Shown: positions 1 to 10,394 of the stretch, piece by piece
Layout: every line of letters begins with the position of its first letter
Numbering within the stretch: the first letter of the stretch is position 1
Assembly (NCBI GenBank): GCA_947456795.1
Contig: CANGTI010000001.1
Coordinates: 74,900 to 138,899, forward strand
Direction: 5' to 3'
DNA from: Rickettsiales bacterium
GTDB lineage: Bacteria; Pseudomonadota; Alphaproteobacteria; Rickettsiales; Rickettsiaceae
DNA: 64,000 bases
Translations under genes and position numbers: made by a program
The notes under the pieces: generated by a model
What the model was told of the DNA's origin: nothing
Seen by the model: only the letters and a program-made list of their open reading frames with translations
Database searches by the model: none

Positions 1-619
1 GATACGGAGAATCAGTCTCCACCAATATCCTGTCAAGAGGTATATATCTCACAAGATCTTGCAGCAATTGAGCGTTATTAAAGGTCACAATGCCAGACAT
101 AGAAATGTAGCAACCACAATCAAGAACATTACGTAAAAACTCTCTGTCTCCAGTAAAACAGTGAATCAAAGATCTAAATGGCGCATTGATCAATTCAGCT
201 TGCAATATCTGAACAACCTCCGCGTCGGAACTGCGAGAATGAATTATCACAGGCAATCCACTTATTTGAGCAGCCTTGATATGAGATACAAAAGATTGTC
301 TTTGTAGATCAAAATCATGTTTACGAAAAAAATCTAATCCAGTTTCACCGATACCAATTATCTTTGAATGCACATTTATATACTGTACGATTTCTTCTGC
401 TGTAAGCATTTCCTCCTGCGATACATCGTTTGGATGAATTCCAATCGAGCCAAAAACATTGTCGTACTTGTCAAGAATCGCTATAATTTCAGGAATATCA
501 GACTTTTTAGTGCAGATTGTTTGCATGTAATCTACGCCACTTATTCGTGCTCTATTTAATGCTTCTTCGAGCAAGGAAAATTGAGGCATATTTAAATGAC
601 AGTGAGAGTCAATAAGCAT
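1..619 (-). CDS. tatD: TatD-family metal-dependent hydrolase/DNase; 3' end lies beyond the window edge
   Basis: Own translation of the minus strand from the ATG at 619-617 gives MLIDSHCHLNMPQFSLLEEA..., the TatD N-terminal HxH motif. The frame stays open to position 1. It is absent from the ORF track because no stop lies inside the window. Confidence 0.75.
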   Translation of the reverse strand, partial: MLIDSHCHLNMPQFSLLEEALNRARISGVDYMQTICTKKSDIPEIIAILDKYDNVFGSIGIHPNDVSQEEMLTAEEIVQYINVHSKIIGIGETGLDFFRKHDFDLQRQSFVSHIKAAQISGLPVIIHSRSSDAEVVQILQAELINAPFRSLIHCFTGDREFLRNVLDCGCYISMSGIVTFNNAQLLQDLVRYIPLDRILVETDSPY

Positions 620-649
620 ATACCGACCTACAAAAAGAAATACATAGTA

Positions 650-1720
650 TTATCTGCTTATCTCTATAGAAGCGTCTAAAGCTCCAGCTGCTTTGATTCC
701 CCTCAATATATCAATCAAATCCTTTGGTAATACTCCAAGTTGATTCAGGCCCGCAACAACCTCGCTTAAAGTAGCCCCTTGTTCAATGGCTCTGATACCA
801 GAGCCACGAGCTCGTTCTATAGATTCCAAATTATTTTTCTTGCCTTTTGAGGCGCCAATTTGCATCAAGAGATTGCCCTGAGCAATGGCAACAGGCTTTA
901 TTCTAACATTGCCGCCCATTACAACGGTACCATTGACTTCATTTAATACAATGAAAGCTTTTGAATCAGTGTTGACTTTAATAGATTCCACCTTAGAAAT
1001 TAATTGTACAACATCATCAACAAAATGCTTCTTAACTGCGACCTCAACCGTTGCAGAATCCACAGCACGTGCTAAATCTCCGTCCAGATTGTCGTTGATT
1101 GCTTCTGCTATGCTAGTTGCTGTATTAAAGTCAGGAGAGTTTAAAATTATGCGAATAAGCTGTAGATTTTTGATGGAAAAATCAATGCCATTTTCTACTA
1201 TTGCGCCATTTTGGATTACTCCATTTGTAAGAACTTCAGATTTTTGGGCTCTCACCTCTGGAGAGGAGGGAACAAATCTTTGAACGGAAACAACTCCTTG
1301 AGCAAGTGCATAAACAACGCCATCAGGACCAAAAAGAGTAGTTGGAAGAAGCACACCATTTGCAAGACTGCTAGCGTCTCCTACAGCACTAACTCTTACA
1401 TCCATCTTCGTACCAGGCCTTGCAAAAGAAGGCAAACTAGCAGTGACAATAACGGCTGCCACATTCCGAGTTCTAATATTAGACCCGTGCACACTGATCC
1501 CAAGCTTATCAAGCAAAGAGACAAGCTCTTGCCTTGTAAAAGAGACGTTACGCAAATTGTCCCCACTACCAGCCAAACCAGTTACGAGCCCATAACCCAT
1601 AACAAAATTCTCCCTTACATCTTCCACACTAGCAATGTCTTTAATACGAGTTTGAGCTAAAAGGTTTAATGGTTGAATACAAAAATATATCAGAATCAAA
1701 CCAAAAAAAGCTCTATACAT
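650..1720 (-). CDS. flgI: flagellar P-ring protein FlgI
   Basis: ORF 650..1738 has FlgI-typical sequence (IKDIASVEDVREN.VMGYGLVTGLAGSGD) and a signal peptide (MYRAFFGLILIYFCIQPLNLLA). The track start at 1738 is TTG; the ATG at 1720 is preferred. Confidence 0.9.
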   Translation of the reverse strand: MYRAFFGLILIYFCIQPLNLLAQTRIKDIASVEDVRENFVMGYGLVTGLAGSGDNLRNVSFTRQELVSLLDKLGISVHGSNIRTRNVAAVIVTASLPSFARPGTKMDVRVSAVGDASSLANGVLLPTTLFGPDGVVYALAQGVVSVQRFVPSSPEVRAQKSEVLTNGVIQNGAIVENGIDFSIKNLQLIRIILNSPDFNTATSIAEAINDNLDGDLARAVDSATVEVAVKKHFVDDVVQLISKVESIKVNTDSKAFIVLNEVNGTVVMGGNVRIKPVAIAQGNLLMQIGASKGKKNNLESIERARGSGIRAIEQGATLSEVVAGLNQLGVLPKDLIDILRGIKAAGALDASIEISR

Positions 1721-2156
1721 AACCAGCAATTCCGGCAACAGAGCGAATTAATTCTAAAAACTTTTTGCGCACATTGCGATCTTTAATTGCTTTGTAAGAC
1801 TTAATCAAATTGATCACGTCCTTTTCTGTATAAGAACCGTCTGGAACATTGTCCACAAACAAAGCCTGCTCTTCAGCCAAAGCATTTTTATACCCTTTAG
1901 CGAGCATTTCATCTATGCCTACGAAAAAGTACTCTATTGGAACTTTTAAAAATTTTGCAAACTTGTACAAACGCCCTCCAGAAATGCGATTAGTAGATTT
2001 TTCATATTTCTGAATTTGTTGAATGCTGACTCCAACACAATCTGCAAGCTCTTTCTGACTCTTGCCTACCATATGGCGCCTCTGCACAAGCCTGCTAGCA
2101 ATGATGTTATCTACAGGATCTCCCCTGCCCTTACCATTAAGTTTCTCTGCTTCCAT
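1713..2156 (-). CDS. XRE-family helix-turn-helix transcriptional regulator
   Basis: HTH_3-like core SRLVQRRHMVGKSQKELADCVGVSIQQIQKYEKSTNRISGGRLYKFAKFL. The ATG at 2156 is preferred over the TTG at 2201. Its stop overlaps the flgI ATG (ATGTATAG, 8 nt). Confidence 0.7.
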   Translation of the reverse strand: MEAEKLNGKGRGDPVDNIIASRLVQRRHMVGKSQKELADCVGVSIQQIQKYEKSTNRISGGRLYKFAKFLKVPIEYFFVGIDEMLAKGYKNALAEEQALFVDNVPDGSYTEKDVINLIKSYKAIKDRNVRKKFLELIRSVAGIAGYV

Positions 2157-2277
2157 AAACTCACTAAATAGCCGTTTATTGTTCTTACTAAAGAGGAACA
2201 ATACGTTAAAATCAAATAAATCTCAACCTTGAGTATACACCCTTTGTGTTAATATCAGTACAATAAATGTGATTTTA

Positions 2278-2299
2278 AGTTACAATTTCGATTGTAACT
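2278..2299. promoter_or_regulatory. perfect palindrome AGTTACAAT-ttcg-ATTGTAACT in a divergent promoter region; candidate operator
   Basis: 9-bp arms and a 4-bp spacer, read directly. It lies in the roughly 150-200-bp spacer (depending on the XRE start used) between the XRE regulator gene and trhO. Confidence 0.35.
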
Positions 2300-2355
2300 C
2301 TGTTAAAAACTATCCTGAACTAACACTACCTAACTAGATCTAAACAAAATAAACA

Positions 2356-3093
2356 ATGACGTCAAAACAAATCTGCATAGCAAACTTTTACTCCTTTTTT
2401 AAAAATGAACATCTAGAAGAATTAAAATATAAAATCACACTGCTAGCCAAAAAACAAAAAATCAACGGATCAGTAATCCTTGCCAATGAAGGTGTCAACT
2501 GCTCTCTCTCCGGAACAGATGAAAGCATACAAGATATGATCCAAAAAATTCGATCTTTTAGCAGCACCTCACATTGGACGATACACATCAATTATGCCAA
2601 TTTTGACCCGTTTGCAAAATTCAAAGTAAAAATAAAATCAGAAATAGTTAGCACAGGGCAAACTGCTCTTAGAGTTGAAAGTTTCAAAGGGGAGTACATT
2701 GCGTCTAAAGACTGGGGACACTTCCTCAATCAAAAAGATGTTGCACTAATTGATGTCAGAAATACTTACGAGTTTCAAATGGGTCATTTTAAAAATGCAA
2801 TTAACCCGAAAACAAAATATTTCAGAGATTTTGCAGCATGGCTCAATGATCAAGCAACAATGCTTAAAGACAAAAAGATAGCTATGTACTGCACTGGCGG
2901 AATAAGATGCGAAAAGGCAACCACATACCTAAAACAAAATCTGGATTTCAAAGATGTTTATCAACTTGAGGGAGGAATTTTGGAATATCTAAGGCAATTT
3001 GGAGACAAAGAAGATTCACTGTGGCAGGGCGAGTGTTTCGTTTTCGATGACAGAAATTCCCTGCAAAAAGACCTCTCGGTGAAGGAAGGCTGA
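2356..3093 (+). CDS. trhO: rhodanese-domain tRNA uridine(34) hydroxylase (UPF0176/YceA family)
   Basis: 245 aa. Rhodanese active-site context KIAMYCTGGIRCEKAT and the typical N-terminal UPF0176 region. Confidence 0.75.
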   Translation: MTSKQICIANFYSFFKNEHLEELKYKITLLAKKQKINGSVILANEGVNCSLSGTDESIQDMIQKIRSFSSTSHWTIHINYANFDPFAKFKVKIKSEIVSTGQTALRVESFKGEYIASKDWGHFLNQKDVALIDVRNTYEFQMGHFKNAINPKTKYFRDFAAWLNDQATMLKDKKIAMYCTGGIRCEKATTYLKQNLDFKDVYQLEGGILEYLRQFGDKEDSLWQGECFVFDDRNSLQKDLSVKEG

Positions 3094-3145
3094 AGAGTTC
3101 CAATATCTACCCCTTAAGACAAAATGAGCCACATCTAAAAAGACT

Positions 3146-3337
3146 TCAAGCGTATCTGCGAGCTCTCATTTTGCTCCTGCGCTTTGCAGCATCTGCGCAC
3201 TTTCTACGAATTTTAGCAGAAGGGCTCTCATAGCATCTGTTTTCGCGCATTTTGCTAAAGTACAGTTCCTGCTGCATACGCTTTTTAAGAGAACGCAACG
3301 CGAGTTCCACATTTCCGTTATAACTAACTACTATCAC
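3146..3337 (-). CDS. rpsU: 30S ribosomal protein S21
   Basis: 63 aa and basic. ...VELALRSLKKRMQQELYFSKMRENRCYESPSAKIRRK... matches the bS21 pattern. GTG start. Confidence 0.85.
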   Translation of the reverse strand: MIVVSYNGNVELALRSLKKRMQQELYFSKMRENRCYESPSAKIRRKCADAAKRRSKMRARRYA

Positions 3338-3470
3338 GAGTATACTAAAATCAATAAGTGAATACCATCATCTTACAAAGAGAATGATAAAAAGACAACA
3401 ATAACAACTCAAACTAAAGTGACAAAGTTTTGCACAGCATCGTTGTTACCGATTACCTCTCCATATTGGC

Positions 3471-6152
3471 TTACTCATCGTCTTCGCAAATTTTATTTTT
3501 TACTAGAGAAATTGAGACCACTTTCTCTTCTTTTTTAGTTTTTACTAAAATTACTCCACTTGTGTTACGGCCAGTAACACGAATATTGTCTAATTTACAC
3601 CTAATGACTTTGCCCAAGTTGGTAATAATCATTAATTCTGCATCAGATTCACCAAAAATAGGTATAGCACTTACTATATTTCCCACTTTGCGCGAAACAG
3701 CAAGATTGACAACTCCACTACCCCCCCTGTGAGTTGTTCTATATTCGTACGCAGAAGTACATTTACCATAGCCATTTTCTGTAATGGACAAAATAAATTG
3801 CTCCTCCGATGCCATTTTAGTAGCAGTCTCAATATCTAAGCCTTTTTCCACAATGCCCAAGTCCTGCATCACTTTCATGACATGTATGTCGCATTGGGCA
3901 TCCTTCATCTTGCGCCTCACTTCAACAGGCATTGAAAGATAAACGTCTCTTTGTTCCTGAGTATAATCAGTACCGTATAGTATTGTCTTTTCTACAACTC
4001 TATCTTCCTTGCCCAGATGAATACCTCTGACTCCATCTGAACTGCGACTTTTAAAAATTCTCAGCTCATCTACAGAAAAACGAATACATTTTCCCAGATG
4101 AGTTGCCAAAAACACATGATCCCTTGACGTACAAAAGTGTACCGAAACTAAATTGTCCCCCTCGTCCAATTTAATAGCGATCTTGCCGTTAGCAGGGATG
4201 TATTCAAAATCCGATAGATTATTTCTTCGCACCTGTCCGCTAGAGGTTGCAAATATAATAGACATATTTTCTCTAGAGATTTTATCTCTAGGTAACGGCA
4301 ACATATTGTTGATTTTCTCTCCGGGGCTCAAAGGCAAAAGATTGACTATAGGCTTACCAGCTGCTTGCATACTTGCGATAGGCAACTTGTATAATTTCAA
4401 CCTATACACTTGTCCAAAGTTTGAAAAGAATAATAGGTCGGCATGAGTGCTTTCTACCAAAACCTTTATGATAACATCATCATTAATCATATTCAGGGCC
4501 GATTTTCCCTGCCCTCCTCTTCTTTGAGCTTTGTATTCATTAAGAGATACTCTCTTTACATAACCCTTCAAAGTAAATGTTACTACAACCTCTTCTTCAG
4601 GAATCAAAGAATCTTCGTCTCCAAAGTCCTCTAGAGAGTGCTCTAGTTTTGTCAATCTCGGAGTAGCAAATTCCGCCTTCAACGAAAGCAATTCTTCTTT
4701 TAAAATGAACATCAATTTGCTTTCGGATGCCAATATGGCAAGATATTCCTTTATAGATTCCAAAAGATTCTCAAGATCTTCTATTATTCTGCGCGTCTCT
4801 AACCCAGTAAGTTTTGAAAGCCTCATCTCTAAAATAGCCTTTGCTTGTCTTTCAGATAGGTAAAACCTCCCTTGCGTCAAACTTAAAGATAAATACTCCA
4901 CAAAAGCTGCAATACTTTCTATATCCCAAGCGATTTCGATAAGCTTTGCTTTAGCAGAGGTAAAATCTTCCGAATCCTTAATTAATTTAACTACAAAATC
5001 TAAGTTGTTCACAGCAATAAAGAGGCCTACAAGAATTTCAGCTCTTTGCCTTGCCTCTTCTAATAAAAATGCAGTTCTACGGTAGATAACCTCTCTGCGA
5101 AAATTAATAAAAGCATTAATAATCTCTCGCAAATTCATCAGTCGCGGAACGCCCTTGTGCAGAGCTAGCATGTTAATTCCGTAACTAACCTTTAGAGGAG
5201 TATAACTGTAGATTTGTCTTAAAATTACCTCAGGAATTATGTCTCTCTTTAGCTCTACCACAACACGAATACCGGTATTGTCAGATTCATCTCGTAAATC
5301 GCTTACTCCAACGATTCTACCTTCTTTTATAAGCTCTCCTATTCTTTCGACTAATTTAGACTTATTTACGGAATAAGGAATTTCTGTGATAACTATGGCC
5401 TTTTGTTTTTCTCCTCTACTTTCAATCTCTGCAACACCTTTTATAGTAATGATACCTTTTCCGGTACGATACGCTTTGTGCAGATTTTCTATTCCAAGGA
5501 TTACCCCCTGAGTTGGAAAATCAGGAGCCTCAACAGCCTCTATAAGCTCTTCAATAGAGACGTCAGCATTGTCTATGTATAAACAACATGCATCAACTAA
5601 TTGGCCTAAATTATGAGGAGGAATATTGGTTGCCATGCCAACCGCAATGCCCCCAGAACCGTTTAATAACAGATTAGGCAAAAGTGAAGGCAGCACTACA
5701 GGTTCCTGCTCTGAACCGTCATAATTTGCTCTAAAGTCGACAGTACTAAAAGCAAGATCTTCCAACATCTTGTTGGTTACTTTAGCAAGGCGAGCTTCTG
5801 TATATCTCATAGCAGCTGGTGCATCTCCATCAATCGAGCCAAAATTTCCCTGTCCGTCTATTAAAGGAACTCGCAGAGAAAAATCTTGAGCCATACGCAC
5901 TAATGCGTCATATACAGCGCTATCTCCGTGAGGGTGATATTTACCAATCACGTCCCCGACGGTTCTTGCAGACTTTTTATATTGCTTGTTATGAAAGAAT
6001 CCTGAAGCATACATTGAATATAGAATTCTTCTGTGTACGGGCTTTAATCCGTCTCTAACGTCAGGCAGCGCTCTACTGACAATAACGCTCATTGCATAAT
6101 CAAGATAAGAGCTTTTTACCTCATCTGTAATGTCTACTATCGAATCTTTCAT
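3471..6152 (-). CDS. gyrA: DNA gyrase subunit A
   Basis: [27 protein letters not shown] and [23 protein letters not shown] motifs. The ATG at 6152 ([11 protein letters not shown]) is preferred over the TTG at 6233. Confidence 0.95.
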   Translation of the reverse strand: MKDSIVDITDEVKSSYLDYAMSVIVSRALPDVRDGLKPVHRRILYSMYASGFFHNKQYKKSARTVGDVIGKYHPHGDSAVYDALVRMAQDFSLRVPLIDGQGNFGSIDGDAPAAMRYTEARLAKVTNKMLEDLAFSTVDFRANYDGSEQEPVVLPSLLPNLLLNGSGGIAVGMATNIPPHNLGQLVDACCLYIDNADVSIEELIEAVEAPDFPTQGVILGIENLHKAYRTGKGIITIKGVAEIESRGEKQKAIVITEIPYSVNKSKLVERIGELIKEGRIVGVSDLRDESDNTGIRVVVELKRDIIPEVILRQIYSYTPLKVSYGINMLALHKGVPRLMNLREIINAFINFRREVIYRRTAFLLEEARQRAEILVGLFIAVNNLDFVVKLIKDSEDFTSAKAKLIEIAWDIESIAAFVEYLSLSLTQGRFYLSERQAKAILEMRLSKLTGLETRRIIEDLENLLESIKEYLAILASESKLMFILKEELLSLKAEFATPRLTKLEHSLEDFGDEDSLIPEEEVVVTFTLKGYVKRVSLNEYKAQRRGGQGKSALNMINDDVIIKVLVESTHADLLFFSNFGQVYRLKLYKLPIASMQAAGKPIVNLLPLSPGEKINNMLPLPRDKISRENMSIIFATSSGQVRRNNLSDFEYIPANGKIAIKLDEGDNLVSVHFCTSRDHVFLATHLGKCIRFSVDELRIFKSRSSDGVRGIHLGKEDRVVEKTILYGTDYTQEQRDVYLSMPVEVRRKMKDAQCDIHVMKVMQDLGIVEKGLDIETATKMASEEQFILSITENGYGKCTSAYEYRTTHRGGSGVVNLAVSRKVGNIVSAIPIFGESDAELMIITNLGKVIRCKLDNIRVTGRNTSGVILVKTKKEEKVVSISLVKNKICEDDE

Positions 6153-6420
6153 AAAATTGCAAAAACAGTTATTTAAATCCTCTTGACCAGTATAGACAAA
6201 TCTAGCACTTAAAGCCACGTTTAGGTTAAACAATGCATCTTAGTGATTCTAAAATAAAGCAAACTCTTCTCAAAATGCTCTGATCATATTGTTCAAATAC
6301 TACTTGCATTAAAAAATAGGGAACAATATACTCCCATGTCTTGATTGATCGGTCCTTTGTTGCTTCAGCTTAAGAAATTACTGAAGAATTCTTGGCATAA
6401 GACGTTCAATATACAAATAA

Positions 6421-6498
6421 GGGGGTGTAGCTCAGTCTGGTTAGAGTGCCTGCCTGTCACGCAGGAGGTCGCGGGTTCGAGTCCCGTCACTCCCGCCA
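6421..6498 (+). tRNA. tRNA-Asp (anticodon GTC), CCA encoded
   Basis: Cloverleaf folded by hand: acceptor GGGGGTG/CACTCCC, anticodon stem CCTGC/GCAGG with loop CTGTCAC, T-arm GCGGG-TTCGAGT-CCCGT. Confidence 0.9.
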
Positions 6499-6890
6499 TG
6501 ATTTGATCCATCCTACCTAAACAAAAAACTTGCCCCAAGTGCTTTTCGCACTAGAGGGCGTCCTAGCCTTTGCGGCCTATTAAAAAAATCTAAAGAGCTT
6601 ATCAACCCTCTGAAAAGCCAGCACGTGATTCCTCAGACACACTGATTAAAATTTTCTTGCACTACGTTTGAAGTAATGCTCCGGTTTTTGCATTCATTGC
6701 AAGAGCATACTTTGAACTTACTTTTACGAAAGCTGCTACAAAAGAAAATAGATAGTGCTATCTAGTAATCAAAACACTACTAGAATCGAGGCGTTTTTTG
6801 AGAAACGATCTTTACTTGCCCACAAGACGCGTGCAATCAAATCAATTAAACAGACTCACGCAACTACCCAATCAAACAAAGGGTTGCTAA

Positions 6891-7589
6891 TTATTTCCCT
6901 TTAGTCTGATTATCATTTTGCAAATCAAAAAAATCATTATTTAAAGATGGTATCAAAGAAGATCCATCCTTTTGTGATAAGTATCGAGCATAGCTTTGCC
7001 TTAATGCAGTTTCCGAGTCCGGAAAAAGCACTTTAGAAGCAAAAACATTAACCTCTCTCTCAACTCCAAAACCTAAATCCATAGCGTGAGCAAGAAACAA
7101 TTCGATAGTCTCTTTTGCAGTCTTTTCCTGCTTATCTTTATCTTGAAATTCTAAAGTTTGAAGATTGTGTAACCTGTCCATCATTTTGATGAGACAAGCC
7201 TCTCTATCGTCAGAATTTACAATATCTTGCAACAACTCTCCTGCTGTTAACCTGCCCTCCTCTCGATCCCGCGTAAGGGCGTACACAAGGCGTGCAACTC
7301 TCCAGCCAAAATTATCTAAAACCATCCCTATAGTAGCTTCAGTATCTTCTACTACGTCATGCAAAATACTAGCAGCTATCACATCAGTGCCGGAGTAGTA
7401 AGAAGAAACCATGTAGGCAACTTCTATGGGATGATAATAATAAGGCTCTCCGCTAGACCTTTTTTGACCTTCGTGAAATTTTTTCGCAAACTGCACTGCC
7501 CTGGTAACCTTTTCTAGGTCAATATTTTCACCAGAATCTTTTAAAAGCTCCAATTTAGCAAATAGCTTTCTTGTACAAACAGAATCCAT
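6891..7589 (-). CDS. HD-domain (p)ppGpp pyrophosphohydrolase, SpoT/RelA-homologue hydrolase-only protein
   Basis: 232 aa. FAKKFHEGQKRSSGEPYYYHPIEVA...ILHDVVEDT...RLHNL matches the RSH hydrolase domain. No synthetase domain is present. Confidence 0.75.
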   Translation of the reverse strand: MDSVCTRKLFAKLELLKDSGENIDLEKVTRAVQFAKKFHEGQKRSSGEPYYYHPIEVAYMVSSYYSGTDVIAASILHDVVEDTEATIGMVLDNFGWRVARLVYALTRDREEGRLTAGELLQDIVNSDDREACLIKMMDRLHNLQTLEFQDKDKQEKTAKETIELFLAHAMDLGFGVEREVNVFASKVLFPDSETALRQSYARYLSQKDGSSLIPSLNNDFFDLQNDNQTKGK

Positions 7590-7888
7590 AAGAACCTCTA
7601 ATATGCACTACATAACAATTATATTGTACTACAAAATTAAATTATTTATACAACTTTAGATTAAAAATAAAGAAATAGTTAATTAATTGACCAAGATAAT
7701 GAAAGCTGGATCACAATGTTCTTTCCAATAAACCCTGCAGTATCTTAAAGTTGTTGAAACATTGTTATAAACCAACATCTGCACCTTCCAACATGAGTCT
7801 TTAGAAAAGAGCCGACAGCACGCTTGACCAAAACGAATGTTACATCATACGATTAAGATCACTAAATCATAATTAACAAAATTCAGAG

Positions 7889-8329
7889 ATGGAAATAAAA
7901 ATTAAAATATTATCTCACGCAAATGCACTAAGTTTGCCCCAATATGCCACAGAGCAAAGTGCAGGTATAGATCTGATGGCAGCTATTGAAAAATCAATTG
8001 TGCTTTATCCATTAAAAACAGCAGTGATTCACACAGGCGTGTGTATTGAACTGCCCAAGGGTTACGAGATGCAAATAAGACCCAGGTCGGGTTTGGCCTT
8101 TAAGCACGGCATCACAATATTAAACTCTCCTGGCACAATAGACTCCGATTATAGAGGAGAAATAAAAGTTTTACTTATCAATTTGGGCGGAGAAACATAT
8201 GAAGTGCACAAAGGAGACAGAATCGCACAAGGAGTAGTCTCTAAGTACGAGCAAGTAAAGCTAGTGAGCACGCAAACGCTAGGTGATACAGATCGAGGCC
8301 TAGGAGGTTTTGGATCTACAGGCCTGTAG
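7889..8329 (+). CDS. dut: dUTP diphosphatase
   Basis: 146 aa. GIDL, RPRSGLA, GTIDSDYRGE and GGFGSTG motifs. Confidence 0.9.
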   Translation: MEIKIKILSHANALSLPQYATEQSAGIDLMAAIEKSIVLYPLKTAVIHTGVCIELPKGYEMQIRPRSGLAFKHGITILNSPGTIDSDYRGEIKVLLINLGGETYEVHKGDRIAQGVVSKYEQVKLVSTQTLGDTDRGLGGFGSTGL

Positions 8330-8342
8330 ATCCAACTACTCT

Positions 8343-9230
8343 ATGCCAACCATACAAGAATGTATAACGCAAGGCGCTGCTTTGCTGAGATTACATCAAA
8401 TACCCAATCCAATATCAGAGTCTAAACTCATTCTGCGCGCCGCACTAAGCTTATCGCTTGAGCAAATGCTTTTGCAGCAAAACGACCAATTAAAGAACCT
8501 AAATATAGAGCACTTTCATAGTTTGCTTACAAGACGAGCTAAAGGAGAACCCATTGCCTATATCATGCAAAATAAAGAGTTCTACGGAATAGATTTTTTC
8601 ATTGATAACAATGTGCTCATTCCAAGACCCGATACAGAAATTCTCGTACAAAAAATTTTGGATCGTCATGATAAGTTAGATAATGTGAAAATTTTAGAAC
8701 TTGGCGTTGGAAGTGGTTGCATAATTCTTTCGATTTTAAAAAACTTACCTAATGCAACTGGATTAGGTATTGATGTATCAAAAGCAGCACTAGCCATTGC
8801 TCAAAAAAATGCAATCAGGCTAGACCTACAAAATCGCATCTCTCTTGTGCAAAGCGATTGGTATCAAAATGTTACAGGTAAATTCGATGTCATCGTTTCT
8901 AATCCTCCATATGTAAGTAAAAAATTTAGTCCGTCCAAAGAACTGAGTTTTGAACCCGTTATAGCCCTTTTCGCTGAATCCGATGGACTAGAGCACTACT
9001 GGAAAATAGCAAATGATGCAAAAAACTTTTTGCACAAAGAAGGTGCTTGCTACGTGGAAATAGGCAAAGATACCGAAAAACAAGTAGCTGAAATCTTTTG
9101 TCAAAAAGGCATGACGATGCTTGCAGCACACAAAGATCTTGCCCAAATCAATCGATGTTTAGAATTTGGACTTTCCGACAGTACTCAAAGCTTGCAACTA
9201 TTTGATCAAAATGGAATCTCCAAAATTTAG
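8343..9230 (+). CDS. prmC: peptide chain release factor N5-glutamine methyltransferase
   Basis: LELGVGSGCI SAM-binding motif and VSNPPY catalytic motif. The ATG at 8343 is preferred over the TTG at 8310, which overlaps dut. Confidence 0.85.
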   Translation: MPTIQECITQGAALLRLHQIPNPISESKLILRAALSLSLEQMLLQQNDQLKNLNIEHFHSLLTRRAKGEPIAYIMQNKEFYGIDFFIDNNVLIPRPDTEILVQKILDRHDKLDNVKILELGVGSGCIILSILKNLPNATGLGIDVSKAALAIAQKNAIRLDLQNRISLVQSDWYQNVTGKFDVIVSNPPYVSKKFSPSKELSFEPVIALFAESDGLEHYWKIANDAKNFLHKEGACYVEIGKDTEKQVAEIFCQKGMTMLAAHKDLAQINRCLEFGLSDSTQSLQLFDQNGISKI

Positions 9231-10256
9231 AATTGGAAATTGATCTCTGCTAATTTTAAGCAGATCAAGAGATTTCTTTAGCTCTTTAGCCGGATCTTCG
9301 TATTTTTCTAGGGTCAAACGAAAAGTAGCATAATGAATCGGAATGCTCTTTTTAGGTTTCAAAATCTGATGAGCTAGTACTGCCTCGTACGGATTCATAT
9401 GTACATACTGCATATACTCTACAGGGTCGTAAGCACCTATAGGCATTATTGCAACATCGATATTGCTAAACTTTTGACTAATATCTGAAAATTGCTTCTT
9501 ACTGTATCCAGTATCTCCAGCAAAATACATTGTCGAGTTACGTCCAGTTACAACAAAGCCACCCCACAAAGTAGAATTTCTGTCAAATACTCCTCTACCC
9601 GAAAAGTGCTGGGACGGAACAAAGTTGACACATAGATCATTTTCAACTGCTATACAATCCCACCAATCCATAGAGTAAACCTTTGTGATACCGTGCTTTT
9701 TAAGCAACTTTTCAACTCCAAGACCCACAAAAAATTTTGGAGAAAATTGTTTATTTAATTTAAGTAAAGTTTCAATATCAAGATGATCGTAGTGATCATG
9801 ACTCAAAAGTACGATGTCAATTGGAGGCAAGTCCTCAAATTTAATGCCAGGATTGGTAACTCTTTTAGGCCCAACAGTGGTAAACGGACTAACTCTATTA
9901 GACCAGACTGGGTCGGTTAATATGTTGTATTTTTCCATTTGGATCAAACATGTAGCATGGTTGATAAAATATACTCTAAGCCCTTCTTCTCTTACTCTAA
10001 GAATTTGCTTTTCTTGTGTATGGAAATATTTGGGCCAACCGCCTCTCCGTAGAACTTCTATACCAAAGGATAGATGGTCCTTAAACGATCTTTTTTTTCT
10101 AGGAGCAGGCATCTCTTCATTGAGAAATTTGCCTTTGGCAAAATTTTCAGAAAGCCCAAAAAATTGCCTTCCGCGAAATACATCAGTAGTGCACGAAGTA
10201 AACCCCAGCATTATACAAAAAAGAGTAAAGCAAAGTGTGAAAAATCCTTTCAACAT
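9198..10256 (-). CDS. MBL-fold metallo-hydrolase (NAPE-PLD-like), probable lipoprotein
   Basis: LSHDHYDH metal-binding motif. N-terminus MLKGFFTLCFTLFCIMLGFTSC resembles a lipoprotein signal. ATG at 10256. The 3' end overlaps prmC convergently by 33 bp. Confidence 0.7.
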   Translation of the reverse strand: MLKGFFTLCFTLFCIMLGFTSCTTDVFRGRQFFGLSENFAKGKFLNEEMPAPRKKRSFKDHLSFGIEVLRRGGWPKYFHTQEKQILRVREEGLRVYFINHATCLIQMEKYNILTDPVWSNRVSPFTTVGPKRVTNPGIKFEDLPPIDIVLLSHDHYDHLDIETLLKLNKQFSPKFFVGLGVEKLLKKHGITKVYSMDWWDCIAVENDLCVNFVPSQHFSGRGVFDRNSTLWGGFVVTGRNSTMYFAGDTGYSKKQFSDISQKFSNIDVAIMPIGAYDPVEYMQYVHMNPYEAVLAHQILKPKKSIPIHYATFRLTLEKYEDPAKELKKSLDLLKISRDQFPILNFGDSILIK

Positions 10257-10394
10257 AAAAGTTTGTGGCAAAAAAATGCTGGCCCTTGATTAGAGCTCGT
10301 AATACCATGAACAAGTATAAACATCTGGTCAGGGTGTCGGTGAAAACCTACCCTCTAGCCTACAAGAATTTCATTCCATAGTAAATAAGCCATT

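Noticed and set aside
885-1660. Plus-strand ORFs 885..1283 and 1211..1660. The same applies to the many other 60-110-aa antisense ORFs in the track (for example inside gyrA, ettA, kefB, PBP1A, htrA, flhA and yidC).
   Set aside because: They lie wholly inside strongly supported conserved genes on the opposite strand, and no motif was recognised in them.
6153-6233. A 27-aa N-terminal extension of GyrA from the TTG at 6233
   Set aside because: The extension ([27 protein letters not shown]) has no counterpart in GyrA. The ATG at 6152 gives the canonical N-terminus.
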